64,000 nucleotides of DNA, taken from contig CAWVRH010000010.1 in the NCBI GenBank assembly GCA_963932545.1, positions 5,587 to 69,586 on the forward strand, read 5' to 3'. Origin of the DNA: an uncultured Rhodobiaceae bacterium. Its GTDB lineage: Bacteria; Pseudomonadota; Alphaproteobacteria; RS24. The position numbers were made by a program, and so were the translations under genes. Below, piece by piece: positions 18,076 through 27,903 of this stretch. Below the pieces are notes generated by a model. The model worked only from the letters and a program-made list of their open reading frames with translations, was not told the origin of the DNA and did no database searches. Every line of letters begins with the position of its first letter. Positions within the stretch are counted from its first letter, which is position 1.

Positions 18076-19601
18076 TTTAGGGCCTCCAAAAATTTAGCAG
18101 CACTGGCTTTGGCGCCCGCTTTTTTCGCTTCATCCATTTTGTCGAGGTTGCGGTAGACCATGCCCATGCGTGGATTGCTCGACAGCGTGTCGGCGTGGCG
18201 CATCATGAAATCCCAATATAAATAATTGAATGGGCACGCATCGTCCCCATTGGGTTGCTTAACTTGATAACGGCAGTCTTTGCAATAATCCGACATGCGG
18301 TTGATATAGGCGCCGGAAGATACATACGGTTTCGAGGCCACCAAACCACCGTCGGCGAATAGCGCCATGCCATGCGTATTGGGCAATTGCACCCATTGAT
18401 AGGCGTCGGCATAGACCTCCATATACCAGCGATTGACGGCCTCTGGCGCGATGCCTGCCAGCAGGGCGAAATTGCCGGTAATCATCAAGCGTTGAATGTG
18501 ATGCGCATAGGCGTGCGTCTTGCTGGCCGCTACGGCCTCGCGCAAGCAAGCCATATCGGTATCGCCGCTGTAGAAAAAATCGGGCAGGGCGCGGTCGTGG
18601 TCGAAAAAGTTTTCTTGTTCATAGTCCGGCATTTTAAGCCAATAGATACCGCGAATATATTCGCGCCATCCCAAGATTTGCCGAATGAAGCCCTCTACCG
18701 CATTGAGCGGGGCTTGCTGGTTGGCAAGGCGCGCCTCGGCAGCTCGACAGACCTCGAGCGGATCAAGCAGACCAAGGTTCAAACTGGTGGCAATCAAGGC
18801 GTGATACAGGAAGGTTTCGCCAGATTTCATAGCGTCTTGATAGTCCCCAAAATAGGGTAGGCAATGGTCGAGAAAACCATCGAAATGGGCCTGCGCTTGT
18901 TGAGCCGTTACCGGCCAGCCAAAACCTTCCAACGTGCCAAAATGGGCCTCTTCGCCGGTGCCAAAATGCTCGGTCACCAGCGCCATAACTTGGGCGGTGA
19001 TGGCATCGGGTGGGGAGGTGAGGCGCTGGGGCAATATGTGGCCCTTGGGTAATTTTTTGCGGTTCTCAGCGTCATAATTCCATTGTCCGCCGAGCGGGTC
19101 TTTATCCTCCATCAGCAGGCCCGTTTTGCGGCGCATTTCGCGATAGAAAAACTCCATGCGGAGCTGTTTTTTGCCGCTTGCCCAAGTCTCGAATTCGTCG
19201 TGGCTGGCGAGGAAGCGCGTGTCGGGCAATACATGTACGGCGAGGTCAAATTGGGTCGACCAATCGGCAAATTGGCGGGTTAGGCGATATTCGCCAGGTT
19301 CCGTCACGAACACGCGCTCATAGCTGCCGCTGGCTAATTTATGTGCCAGCGCATCGGTAAAGCTTTTGAGTTCGGGGGTCTCGCCATAGGCCAAGTAAGT
19401 GACGTCACGGCCTTGGTCGCGCAAACTTTGCGCAAAATGGCGCATAGCAGAAAACACCAAGACTAGTTTTTGCTGGTGATGCGCCACGTAGGTCGCTTCA
19501 TCATAGAGTTCCGCCATTACCACATGCGCGTGGGGGGAGGCCTGAAGGCTCGACAGGTTGGGGGATAATTGGTCGCCCAGCACAAGAATGAGATCGGTCA
19601 T
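18072..19601 (-). CDS. FeS-cluster bacterial cryptochrome/photolyase (PhrB/CryB-type, COG3046)
   Basis: N-terminus [13 protein letters not shown] is typical of the photolyase-related family. The C-terminal Cys cluster CKDCRY...[11 protein letters not shown] fits the 4Fe-4S site. Start is placed at ATG 19601, which overlaps the upstream stop. Confidence 0.8.
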   Translation of the reverse strand: MTDLILVLGDQLSPNLSSLQASPHAHVVMAELYDEATYVAHHQQKLVLVFSAMRHFAQSLRDQGRDVTYLAYGETPELKSFTDALAHKLASGSYERVFVTEPGEYRLTRQFADWSTQFDLAVHVLPDTRFLASHDEFETWASGKKQLRMEFFYREMRRKTGLLMEDKDPLGGQWNYDAENRKKLPKGHILPQRLTSPPDAITAQVMALVTEHFGTGEEAHFGTLEGFGWPVTAQQAQAHFDGFLDHCLPYFGDYQDAMKSGETFLYHALIATSLNLGLLDPLEVCRAAEARLANQQAPLNAVEGFIRQILGWREYIRGIYWLKMPDYEQENFFDHDRALPDFFYSGDTDMACLREAVAASKTHAYAHHIQRLMITGNFALLAGIAPEAVNRWYMEVYADAYQWVQLPNTHGMALFADGGLVASKPYVSSGAYINRMSDYCKDCRYQVKQPNGDDACPFNYLYWDFMMRHADTLSSNPRMGMVYRNLDKMDEAKKAGAKASAAKFLEALK

Positions 19602-19747
19602 GCGCGCGCCTCTTTTTGGGAGCGGCACTTAACGGAGCAATATTTTACGGCGTCCCAATCTTGGGCCCATTTTTTGCGCCACGTGAAAGGGCGCTCGCAG
19701 GTCAGGCATTGCTTTTGTGGCAATTCTGATTTTTTACGCATCTTCAT
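19598..19747 (-). CDS. DUF2256-type small Cys-rich protein (49 aa)
   Basis: Hand translation gives [49 protein letters not shown]. The pattern CxxC...RPFxWRKKW...YCSxxC is the DUF2256 pattern. It is below the ORF-track length cutoff. Confidence 0.75.
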   Translation of the reverse strand: MKMRKKSELPQKQCLTCERPFTWRKKWAQDWDAVKYCSVKCRSQKEARA

Positions 19748-19951
19748 ACTCTGACTTAACCTTTTAATGTAGGCGCGGTATCTTTGTTACCCGTTCCATA
19801 GGTGGAGTTCGAGTTCCAGACATGGGGTTTCGAGGCTCGAAGGTCAAGTTAGTTAACCCCAAGCCATATGTCCCTTGGGCTATATAAGGCATAGGCGTTG
19901 TTGACAAAGCCTCGTCTGGTAGCCATTTTGTGCGCACAGGAGAACAAAATC

Positions 19952-21250
19952 ATGGCCTATCGAGCAACTCGTTTGATTTCATCACTTATCTTATCGAAAA
20001 GAGTACAGTCGGCACGCCGGTCCTTAAAGGCATGGTCGCGCCGTATGGGCGGACAAAAAGCCGAAGTGTTGTATTTCCATCAGCCAGATGACCCGTATAG
20101 CCACATAACGGCACAGGTTTTGAGTGAGCTGCAAGCGCGCTATGACATCACGTTAAAAACTATGCTGGTTGACCGGCCGCTCGATGATGTGGCGCCGGAG
20201 CGTGAGGCTTTGCAAGAATATGGCCGCCGCGATGCCGCCCTGATTGCGCCCTATCACGACTTGAGCTTTGTCGATAGCGGCAAGCAGCCTTCTGCAACCA
20301 GCTATCAATCGGCGCGCCGCGCTTTGGCGGCGTCGAGTAATTTGAACAAAGCGGCGGCGGAAATCGGCCAAGCTTTTTGGGCCGATGATACAGATGCGCT
20401 CGACCGTTTGGCGATGGTGTCGGAAGAGAAAACCGAGCAAGTGTTCCGCGATGGCACCAAGCTTCGCGAAAGTCTCTCGCATTATCTCGGCGCCATGTTT
20501 TATTTCGAAGGTGAATGGTATTGGGGTCTCGACCGTTTACCCTATCTAGAAGAACGGATGAGGGACGCAGGGCTTCGCCTGAGCGGTTGCCGTCAGCTGA
20601 CCCAGTTCCAAGAACGCCCCGAGTTTATGAGCAAGCCAAGTAATGGCAAGCGCCTAACCGTGGAGTTTTATCCCTCGGCTCGTAGTCCCTATTCAGCTAT
20701 TTCGATGGCAGAGACTTTGGACTTGCCGAACCATTACCCTGTCAATTTAGTTGTGCGCCCCGTCTTGCCGATGGTTATGCGCAACCTGCCTGTGCCGAAA
20801 CGCAAAGGCTTATATATTATGCGCGACACCAAACGCGAAGCAGACCGCATTGGGGTGCCATTTGGCAAAATTGCCGATCCAGTGGGCGAACCCGTGCGGC
20901 GCTGTTACTCTTTATTTACTTGGGCGGAACAGCAAAACAAAGGCGGCGAACTGCTGCACGCCTTTACGGACCTAGCTTGGGCCCTTGGCGTAGATACTGG
21001 CAGCGACGATGGTATGCGCCAAGTTTGCGAGCGAGCTGGTTTGGATTGGAACGAAGCCCAAGACGTTATCGATAATAAAGACTGGGAAGTCTGGGCGGAA
21101 GAAAACCGTTTGCAGATGATGGCCTCTGACTTATGGGGCGTGCCGAGCTATCGCTTGCTGGATGAGGCGGGCAAAGAGCTTTATGCGGGCTGGGGCCGCG
21201 ATCGTATTTGGTTGCTCGTCTGTGAAATTCAAAAAGCGTTGGAAAGCTAA
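19952..21250 (+). CDS. tandem DsbA-like / 2-hydroxychromene-2-carboxylate isomerase-fold protein
   Basis: Two thioredoxin-like halves, each with a (D/S)PYS motif in place of CxxC (DPYSH, SPYSA). Start is ATG 19952, after AGGAG. Confidence 0.6.
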   Translation: MAYRATRLISSLILSKRVQSARRSLKAWSRRMGGQKAEVLYFHQPDDPYSHITAQVLSELQARYDITLKTMLVDRPLDDVAPEREALQEYGRRDAALIAPYHDLSFVDSGKQPSATSYQSARRALAASSNLNKAAAEIGQAFWADDTDALDRLAMVSEEKTEQVFRDGTKLRESLSHYLGAMFYFEGEWYWGLDRLPYLEERMRDAGLRLSGCRQLTQFQERPEFMSKPSNGKRLTVEFYPSARSPYSAISMAETLDLPNHYPVNLVVRPVLPMVMRNLPVPKRKGLYIMRDTKREADRIGVPFGKIADPVGEPVRRCYSLFTWAEQQNKGGELLHAFTDLAWALGVDTGSDDGMRQVCERAGLDWNEAQDVIDNKDWEVWAEENRLQMMASDLWGVPSYRLLDEAGKELYAGWGRDRIWLLVCEIQKALES

Positions 21251-21340
21251 TCCGTCAAAAACCGGATGCCGCCTGAACGTCAAGAGAAGAGGCGGGTGCA
21301 AAGACCAGGTATCTGGCCTTTGCACAAATCAGACGGATTG
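21248..21340 (+). other. candidate structured RNA element (three-way junction) right after the stop codon
   Basis: Closing stem 21248-56/21332-40. Hairpin CCGCCT/AGGCGG at 21269-95. A 13-bp hairpin at 21296-21325. Folded by hand only, and the strand is uncertain. Confidence 0.3.
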
Positions 21341-21670
21341 GGAGGGACCATGACAGGAAACTCCGCCTAACCTCAACCGCATGAAACGCCGACACATTGC
21401 GCGACACTTGTCTCGTCATGCAGTTGCAAACCTCTATCGCAATGCTGGCTCCAAACTATAAAAACCGAGCCACACACAACAAGGCTTTTCCCTCGCGTGC
21501 GGAGCGTATAAAATATCTATGTTTTATATTCGCAACACCGCAGGGTGGCGAATTAGCTGGGGGGCTCGGCGGAGCTCGACGCATTTTTCTTATGCGTCCA
21601 AAGCACGATTGTGTTTGACCCGAGGCTAAAATCTGCTTTCATAGCGGTTGGATTTTACAGGGAGTTAACA

Positions 21671-23101
21671 ATGGAAAATTGTCTTAAATTTTATATCGAC
21701 GGAGCTTGGGTAGAGCCAAGTGATCCAAAACCATTTGACGTTATCAATCCGGCAAATGAGCAAGTTATTGGCCAAATTATGATGGGCAATAAAGACGACG
21801 TGAACAAAGCGGTAGCCGCTGCCAAGCGCGCTTTCCCTAGCTTTTCGCAAACTAGCGTGCAAGAGCGCCTAGAACTTCTAGACGCGATTATTGCCGCCTA
21901 TGGCGCGCGTATGGATGAAGTGGCTTCGACTATTTCGGCTGAAATGGGCGCGCCTATGTGGCTGTCGAAAGCGGCGCAAGCTGCTATGGGCATTGCGCAT
22001 CTAACAACCGTGCGCGGTATTCTCGAAAATTATGCGTTTGAGAAACAGCAAGGCACGGCCATGATCCGCAAAGAGCCTGTCGGCGTTTGCGGTCTGATTA
22101 CGCCATGGAATTGGCCAATTAACCAGATCGCTTGCAAAGTGGCACCTGCCATTGCTGCGGGTTGCACGATGGTTCTAAAGCCTTCTGAAATTGCCCCTTT
22201 GAATGCCGCCCTTTGGGCTGAAATTCTCGACGATGCGGGCGTGCCAGCTGGCGTGTTCAACCTCGTCAATGGCGATGGCATGAATGTCGGCGAAGCGATG
22301 TCGAAACACCCAGATATCGACATGATGTCGTTCACCGGCTCCACCCGCGCGGGCGTGGCCGTGGCCAAAGCCTCTGCGGATACGGTCAAACGTGTGGCCC
22401 AAGAATTGGGCGGCAAGTCGGCCAATATTATTCTGGATGATGCCGATTTCAACAAAGCGGTCGCCCAAGGCGTGCAAAGCTGCTTTATGAATTCGGGTCA
22501 ATCTTGCAACGCGCCAACGCGCATGTTGGTGCCTGCGGCACGCCATGATGAAGTCGTGGAAATTGCCAAAGCGGCTGCCGAACAAGTTAAAGTTGGCGAC
22601 CCAAACGGCGACGATACAACCATCGGGCCTGTGGTAAGCGAAATGCAGTTTGAAAAAATTCAAGCGCTGATCGAAACCGCCATCAACGAAGGCACCGATT
22701 TGGTAACCGGCGGTCTGGGCAAACCAGATGGTCTCAACGCTGGCTATTATGTGAAACCGACTATTTTTGCCAATGTAACCAATGACATGACCATTGCGCG
22801 CGAAGAAGTGTTTGGCCCAGTTCTGTCTATCTTGAAATATGAGACAGAAGAAGAAGCCATCGCGATTGCCAATGACACGGTCTATGGCTTGTCGGGTTAT
22901 GTGCAATCTGGCGACATTAAGCATGCTGCCGATGTGGCTTCTAAAATGCGCACCGGTAACGTGCATTTGAACGGTGCTGGTGTTGACTTCGGCGCGCCAT
23001 TTGGCGGCTACAAGCAGTCTGGCAATGGCCGCGAATGGGGCGAGCATGGGTTTGAGGACTTCCTCGAAACCAAAGCTGTGCTCGGTTACGCAGCCGAGTA
23101 A
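21671..23101 (+). CDS. NAD(P)-dependent aldehyde dehydrogenase
   Basis: ELGGKS and [11 protein letters not shown] (catalytic Cys). Start is ATG 21671 ([16 protein letters not shown]), after GGGAG. Confidence 0.85.
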   Translation: MENCLKFYIDGAWVEPSDPKPFDVINPANEQVIGQIMMGNKDDVNKAVAAAKRAFPSFSQTSVQERLELLDAIIAAYGARMDEVASTISAEMGAPMWLSKAAQAAMGIAHLTTVRGILENYAFEKQQGTAMIRKEPVGVCGLITPWNWPINQIACKVAPAIAAGCTMVLKPSEIAPLNAALWAEILDDAGVPAGVFNLVNGDGMNVGEAMSKHPDIDMMSFTGSTRAGVAVAKASADTVKRVAQELGGKSANIILDDADFNKAVAQGVQSCFMNSGQSCNAPTRMLVPAARHDEVVEIAKAAAEQVKVGDPNGDDTTIGPVVSEMQFEKIQALIETAINEGTDLVTGGLGKPDGLNAGYYVKPTIFANVTNDMTIAREEVFGPVLSILKYETEEEAIAIANDTVYGLSGYVQSGDIKHAADVASKMRTGNVHLNGAGVDFGAPFGGYKQSGNGREWGEHGFEDFLETKAVLGYAAE

Positions 23102-23112
23102 ATCAAAGTTCT

Positions 23113-23146
23113 GGGCTGGCAAGGAAACTTGCCAGCCCTTTTTTTA
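23113..23146 (+). terminator. rho-independent terminator
   Basis: GGGCTGGCAAG-gaaa-CTTGCCAGCCC (11-bp perfect stem) followed by TTTTTTT. Confidence 0.75.
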
Positions 23147-23183
23147 TCTTTTTGACGCCAAGTTTCGGCCAAGGAGCCTTTCT

Positions 23184-24356
23184 ATGTTGTCCAATAGTTA
23201 CCCAATGCTGCAGTTTAACCTCGGGGAAGATATCGACATGATGCGCGATAGTATCCGCAAATTTGTCGATGAGAAAATCGCCCCTCGCGCCGACGAGATT
23301 GATCGCACGGATACGTTTCCAAGGGACTTGTGGAAACCTTTGGGCGAGCTGGGCTTGCATGGGCTGACGGTATCTGAGGAATATGGCGGCGTGGCGCTGG
23401 GCTATACGGCACAAGCCATTGCGGTGGAAGAAATCTCGCGCGCCTCGGCTTCCGTGGGGTTGTCTTATGGGGCCCATTCTAATTTATGCGTGAACCAGAT
23501 TTATCGCTGGGGCAATGACGTGCAGAAGAAAAAATATCTACCCAAGCTGGTATCTGGCGAACATTTGGGCGCTTTGGCCATGTCTGAGCCAGGCGCAGGT
23601 TCTGACGTTGTTTCCATGAAATTGAAAGCCGAGAAAAAGGGCGATAAATACGTTCTCAACGGCACAAAGTTTTGGATTACCAATGGCCCGTCCGCGGATG
23701 TGTTGGTGGTCTATGCCAAAACCGATCCCGAAGCGGCCTCGCGCGGCATTACGGCGTTCTTAATCGAAAAAGAGTACAAAGGTTTTAGCTGCGCGCAAAA
23801 GCTGGATAAATTAGGCCATCGCGGTTCTGAGACTGGCGAGCTGGTGTTTGAAGATTGTGAAGTGCCAGAAGAAAACATCATGGGCCCGTTAAACCGTGGC
23901 GTCGAAGTGCTGATGAGCGGGCTTGATTATGAGCGCGCGGTTTTGGCGGCTTGGCCGTTGGGCATTATGCAGGCCTGTTTGGACACGGTGTTGCCTTATG
24001 TGCATCAGCGCGAGCAATTTGGCCAATCGATTGGCACGTTCCAATTAGTGCAAGCCAAATTGGCCGACATGTATACAAAACTCAGCGCTTCGCGCGCCTA
24101 TGTTTATGCGGTCACCCAAGCCTGCGACCGCGGGGAGACCACGCGTAAGGATGCTGCGGCGGCTATTTTATTTGCTGCCGAAAACGCCACCCAATGCGCG
24201 CTCGATGCCATTCAACTCATGGGCGGCAATGGCTATGTGAATGATAATCCGGTGGGGCGTTATTTGCGCGATGCGAAATTGGCTGAAATTGGCGCGGGCA
24301 CATCAGAAATCCGACGCATGTTAATTGGCCGCGAATTGTTCAACGAGACCAGCTAG
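23184..24356 (+). CDS. ivd: isovaleryl-CoA dehydrogenase
   Basis: 390 aa from ATG 23184, after AAGGAG. Long blocks ([64 protein letters not shown]) closely resemble IVD as I remember it. Confidence 0.85.
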   Translation: MLSNSYPMLQFNLGEDIDMMRDSIRKFVDEKIAPRADEIDRTDTFPRDLWKPLGELGLHGLTVSEEYGGVALGYTAQAIAVEEISRASASVGLSYGAHSNLCVNQIYRWGNDVQKKKYLPKLVSGEHLGALAMSEPGAGSDVVSMKLKAEKKGDKYVLNGTKFWITNGPSADVLVVYAKTDPEAASRGITAFLIEKEYKGFSCAQKLDKLGHRGSETGELVFEDCEVPEENIMGPLNRGVEVLMSGLDYERAVLAAWPLGIMQACLDTVLPYVHQREQFGQSIGTFQLVQAKLADMYTKLSASRAYVYAVTQACDRGETTRKDAAAAILFAAENATQCALDAIQLMGGNGYVNDNPVGRYLRDAKLAEIGAGTSEIRRMLIGRELFNETS

Positions 24357-26002
24357 GCCACCTTGCGTCGGCCTTTGCGGATTTGCTCGATTAAACTCAA
24401 GCTAATCGCGACAGGAATGAGACCCACTAGAATAATCATCAGGGCTGGCAGGGCGGCTTCTTCCATCTGGCCGACAGAGGCATAGGTGTAAACGCTGGTG
24501 GCCAAAGTCTCGAAATCGAACGGTCGCAAGATTAGCGTGGCCGGCAATTCTTTCATCACATCGACAAATACCAATATGGCAGCGGTTAATAACGGCGCTC
24601 GCAATAGCGGCAAGTGAACGCGCCTCAGGGTTGCGTTTCTGCCCGCCCCAAGACTGCGCGCCGCCATATCTAGGCCTAGGGAAATGCGGCCAAAGCCGGC
24701 TTCCAGCGTGCCGTAGGATAGCGATAAAAAGCGCACGACATAGGCAAAAACGAGCGCTCCTGCCGTGCCACTGACAAGCAACCAGCCAAAGCTCAAGTCA
24801 GCCAAAGCCGCGAACATCACCATGACGCCGATGGCAAGAACCGTGCCGGGCACTGCATAGCCTAGAGCAGCCATTTGGCCGAGCCGCTTGACCTCTAGGC
24901 GCTGGTAAGGCGTGCGCCCACTGCGCGCCGCATAGGTTAGCCCAAGGCCAAGCGCACAGGTGAGAATGGCAGCAAGTATGGCGAGGGAGAACGAGCGTCC
25001 CGCCGCCGCGAGAACGCCCTCGGCGGTGGAGCCAATGAGGGCGTAGTCAATCAGCAGGCCCGTTGGCACCAAAAATCCGAGCGCTACTGGTACAAAGCAT
25101 GCAAAGCACATGAGCAGTTGCATGGCTCGGTGGGTTTGAAAATCAGGCAGGCTGCGTTGGCGCCCGCTGCGGATGCTATGGGCCGCCTCGCCACGTTGGC
25201 TGCGTTCCAATACCAATAAAAGCGCCATGAAGCCCAAAAGCGTAAGGGCGATTTGCGCCGCCCCACCGAGGTTTCCACGCACCACCCAAGTGTCGTAAAC
25301 GCCCATGGTAAGCGTTGTGACGCCGAGAAATTCGACCGCGCCGATATCGTTCAAACATTCCATCATCGCCAAGGCCACGCCAACGATAATGGCCGGTCGT
25401 GCCATCGGCAGGCCAATGCGTTTGAAGCATCCCATGGGGCCAAGTCCTAGGGCGCGACCAGCCTCGATGAGGACAGAGGATTGCTGCACAAAGGCGGCGC
25501 GTGCGGAAAGGTAGACATAGGGGTAGAGAACCAAGCTCAGCAAAACGATGGCGCCCGGCAGAGAGCGGAAATCGGGATAGGCGGTTTCGGGCAGCAGCGC
25601 ATGCCAAATCTGGTAAACGGGCCCGGCATGGTCCAGCACGTCTGCGTAACTATAGGCCATAAGATACGTAGGAATGGCCAAAGGTAGCAGGAGCGCCCAG
25701 CTTAAGATGCGACGCAGAGGAAAATGATAAAAGGTTACCACCCAAGCGGTTCCCGTTCCGATGAGACCGGTGAGCGTCGCGACCCCAGCCATCAACACGG
25801 CTGTGGTGATAATTTGCCCAGGCAAAACAGAAGCCCATAAATGGCCCCAAATCGGCGCATAGGCAGGAGAGGGCACCAATGCCAACCAAGCCAGTGCGAG
25901 CAGCGGCAGTAAAGGTAACGCCACGGCAACCAGCGTTAACGCACGCCACATATCCAAACGCCAAAAAGGCTTTGAGGCCGATAGCGGTAAGGATTGGCTC
26001 AT
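24353..26002 (-). CDS. two-domain ABC permease of the Fe(III)/thiamine (FbpB-like) type
   Basis: 549 aa with an internally duplicated 6-TM permease. No ATPase or binding-protein gene is adjacent. Confidence 0.7.
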   Translation of the reverse strand: MSQSLPLSASKPFWRLDMWRALTLVAVALPLLPLLALAWLALVPSPAYAPIWGHLWASVLPGQIITTAVLMAGVATLTGLIGTGTAWVVTFYHFPLRRILSWALLLPLAIPTYLMAYSYADVLDHAGPVYQIWHALLPETAYPDFRSLPGAIVLLSLVLYPYVYLSARAAFVQQSSVLIEAGRALGLGPMGCFKRIGLPMARPAIIVGVALAMMECLNDIGAVEFLGVTTLTMGVYDTWVVRGNLGGAAQIALTLLGFMALLLVLERSQRGEAAHSIRSGRQRSLPDFQTHRAMQLLMCFACFVPVALGFLVPTGLLIDYALIGSTAEGVLAAAGRSFSLAILAAILTCALGLGLTYAARSGRTPYQRLEVKRLGQMAALGYAVPGTVLAIGVMVMFAALADLSFGWLLVSGTAGALVFAYVVRFLSLSYGTLEAGFGRISLGLDMAARSLGAGRNATLRRVHLPLLRAPLLTAAILVFVDVMKELPATLILRPFDFETLATSVYTYASVGQMEEAALPALMIILVGLIPVAISLSLIEQIRKGRRKVA

Positions 26003-26081
26003 GCGAGGGGGCTATTGTTATTGCGAGTAAGTCTCATAAGCAAACCATAGCCTATGGGCTAGAGCCTGCAAAGCCCTTCCT

Positions 26082-26125
26082 TTAGGAGGCTTCGCGACAG
26101 GCTTTAGGAAGCCTCGCGACAGGCT
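26082..26125. repeat. 22-bp tandem duplication (2 copies, 2 mismatches)
   Basis: TTAGGAGGCTTCGCGACAGGCT at 26082-26103 and TTAGGAAGCCTCGCGACAGGCT at 26104-26125. Confidence 0.9.
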
Positions 26126-26289
26126 GCTGCGGCGGCCACGAGTTCGCGGGCAATTTCTTCAGCTTCTTCCGCGAGGAAATCCATTGGAATTTCTTGGCTG
26201 TCGGTCGTGATAAAAACCCGAACCATTTTCTGGTCGGTGGCCCCGATGGAGAGCTCGGCTGAAATGTCTGAAGGTGTATTAATGCCCAT
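26104..26289 (-). CDS. 61-aa acidic hypothetical protein
   Basis: MGINTPSDISAELSIGATDQKMVRVFITTDSQEIPMDFLAEEAEEIARELVAAAAACREAS. The start is chosen at internal ATG 26289. No family recognised. Confidence 0.35.
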   Translation of the reverse strand: MGINTPSDISAELSIGATDQKMVRVFITTDSQEIPMDFLAEEAEEIARELVAAAAACREAS

Positions 26290-26401
26290 GAAACGGCCCC
26301 TATTTTGTGATCTCCACAAAGCTTTAGCGGTTTCCCGAGGGTTTTGGAAGGGGCAGAGAGGCCAAGGGAGCACAAAAACTCGCTATCGGGTGCATCACCG
26401 C

Positions 26402-26430
26402 TTGAACTTTGTCTAAAAGCCGACTATTTT
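26402..26430 (+). promoter_or_regulatory. candidate sigma-70 promoter for tRNA-His
   Basis: TTGAAC, a 17-nt spacer, then TATTTT. The -10 element ends about 42 nt before the tRNA 5' end. Confidence 0.35.
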
Positions 26431-26472
26431 CCCCTGACCTGAGCCGCTTTGGTGGCTTTTGGAAACCTCGGT

Positions 26473-26549
26473 GCAGCCTTAGCTCAGTTGGTTAGAGCGC
26501 TAGATTGTGGATCTAGAGGTCCTCCGTTCAATCCGGAGAGGCTGTACCA
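26473..26549 (+). tRNA. tRNA-His (anticodon GTG), CCA encoded
   Basis: Hand-folded cloverleaf. Acceptor GCAGCCT/AGGCTGT, D stem GCTC/GAGC, anticodon stem CTAGA/TCTAG with loop TTGTGGA, T stem CTCCG/CGGAG with loop TTCAATC. Discriminator A, then CCA. Confidence 0.95.
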
Positions 26550-26742
26550 TTTTCCCAACCTTAAAATCTTATCCGTAAATTACCCGATTCGAAGCGTGGG
26601 CTGTTCGACGCGCGAGAATTTTTTGTGATTTTAACAAAAAATTAAACCGCGCCTGCACGAATATGATAAACAGGCCGCGTAAGAGTTGGTGCCAAGCACA
26701 ACCCTGTGCCGAGTGTACCGAGTGTAAAATCAGGAGTATATT

Positions 26743-27846
26743 GTGCAAAGATTTCTAATTTCGGCTGCCCTCGTTAGCCTCTTCATTTCTCCCGCCACGG
26801 CTGAACCGTTCGACTTTAGTGTCGGCGGTTATTTTAATTCTGTCGTATACAGCGTCGACGCAGACACCGCCTATGATGAGGATACCAAGGCCTCCGCAGA
26901 CAAAGCGTTCAAAGATATTTCTTTTCAAGAAGATGCAGAGATTATCTTTAAAGGCAAAGGTAAAACTACCAATGGCCTGACTGTCGGCATGCAAATTCAA
27001 CTCGAAGGCGCTACCGAAAGCGACCAGATTGACGAGCATTATGTTTATGTCTCGGGCGACTTTGGCAAAGTAGAAGTTGGCGCTGAAAACTCTGGGGCGA
27101 ATAAGCTTCAGATTTTCGCCCCTCGCTTTGCAGGCTGGAAAACCCACGACAATAATTTCGGGACATGGAGCTCGGTTGCGAAATATGAAAAACCAAAACA
27201 CGACAATTATTCCGCAGATGCCAATAAGCTAACTTACTACTCGCCTAAATTCAGCGGGCTGCAAGTGGCTTATTCGATTACACCCAGCTCGGAAAATAAA
27301 GATGGCGCTGGAACGGATGCCCTCTTGGCCGAACTGGAAGGCAAGAACACCCATGAAGACATTAAGTCGTTCGGGCTGCGCTACACCGGATCCTTCGGCG
27401 GCATTAAGATGAAAACCTCGTTCACCACCGAGACGGGTGACTATATCAAAGACGGTGAAAACAGGGACGGTGAAAACAAAGGCGAAATGGAGGAAACCGC
27501 CTATGGTCTAAGCCTATCTTCGGGGCGTGTCACACTGGGCGCTACGCACTTTATCTCGGATGAAAGCAAGGCGGCCGGCAACGAAGGCAACGACTGGGAA
27601 ATCACCCATGTTGGCTTTGCTTACAAATGGTCGAGGGCAACCACGTTCGGGGCAGCGCTTCATACGCAAAAAGACACGCAGATTGATAGCGATCCGGATA
27701 TGAATACGGATGTGACGATTATCGGCGGCTCTACCAAATTGGGCTCTGGCGTGAAGCTGACCTACACACATGAGATGGTGGAAAGTAAGGGTGAATATGC
27801 CAAAGACGCCAATTTCACGGGCGTGGGTCTCTTATTAAAATTCTAA
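26743..27846 (+). CDS. general porin (Gram-negative trimeric porin type)
   Basis: GTG start 7 nt after AGGAG. Signal peptide ...ISPATA. Alternating beta-strand pattern. C-terminus GVGLLLKF. Confidence 0.8.
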   Translation: MQRFLISAALVSLFISPATAEPFDFSVGGYFNSVVYSVDADTAYDEDTKASADKAFKDISFQEDAEIIFKGKGKTTNGLTVGMQIQLEGATESDQIDEHYVYVSGDFGKVEVGAENSGANKLQIFAPRFAGWKTHDNNFGTWSSVAKYEKPKHDNYSADANKLTYYSPKFSGLQVAYSITPSSENKDGAGTDALLAELEGKNTHEDIKSFGLRYTGSFGGIKMKTSFTTETGDYIKDGENRDGENKGEMEETAYGLSLSSGRVTLGATHFISDESKAAGNEGNDWEITHVGFAYKWSRATTFGAALHTQKDTQIDSDPDMNTDVTIIGGSTKLGSGVKLTYTHEMVESKGEYAKDANFTGVGLLLKF

Positions 27847-27873
27847 TTTCAGCTTTTGAAATTAACGATAACG

Positions 27874-27903
27874 ATGGCGGGGCTTTGGCCCCGCCATTTT
27901 TTA
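27874..27903 (+). terminator. rho-independent terminator
   Basis: ATGGCGGGGC-tttg-GCCCCGCCAT followed by TTTTTTAT. Confidence 0.75.

Noticed and set aside
21341-21372. A six-codon mini-ORF (ATGACAGGAAACTCCGCCTAA) after GGAGGG
   Set aside because: The SD-to-ATG spacing is only 3 nt, and the peptide is too short to evaluate. It is treated as chance.
22175-23122. A 315-aa ORF antisense to the aldehyde dehydrogenase
   Set aside because: It is a shadow frame of a well-supported gene, with no recognisable domain or start context.
26082-26125. A CRISPR array or minisatellite
   Set aside because: There are only two adjacent copies with no spacers, and no cas genes anywhere in the window.
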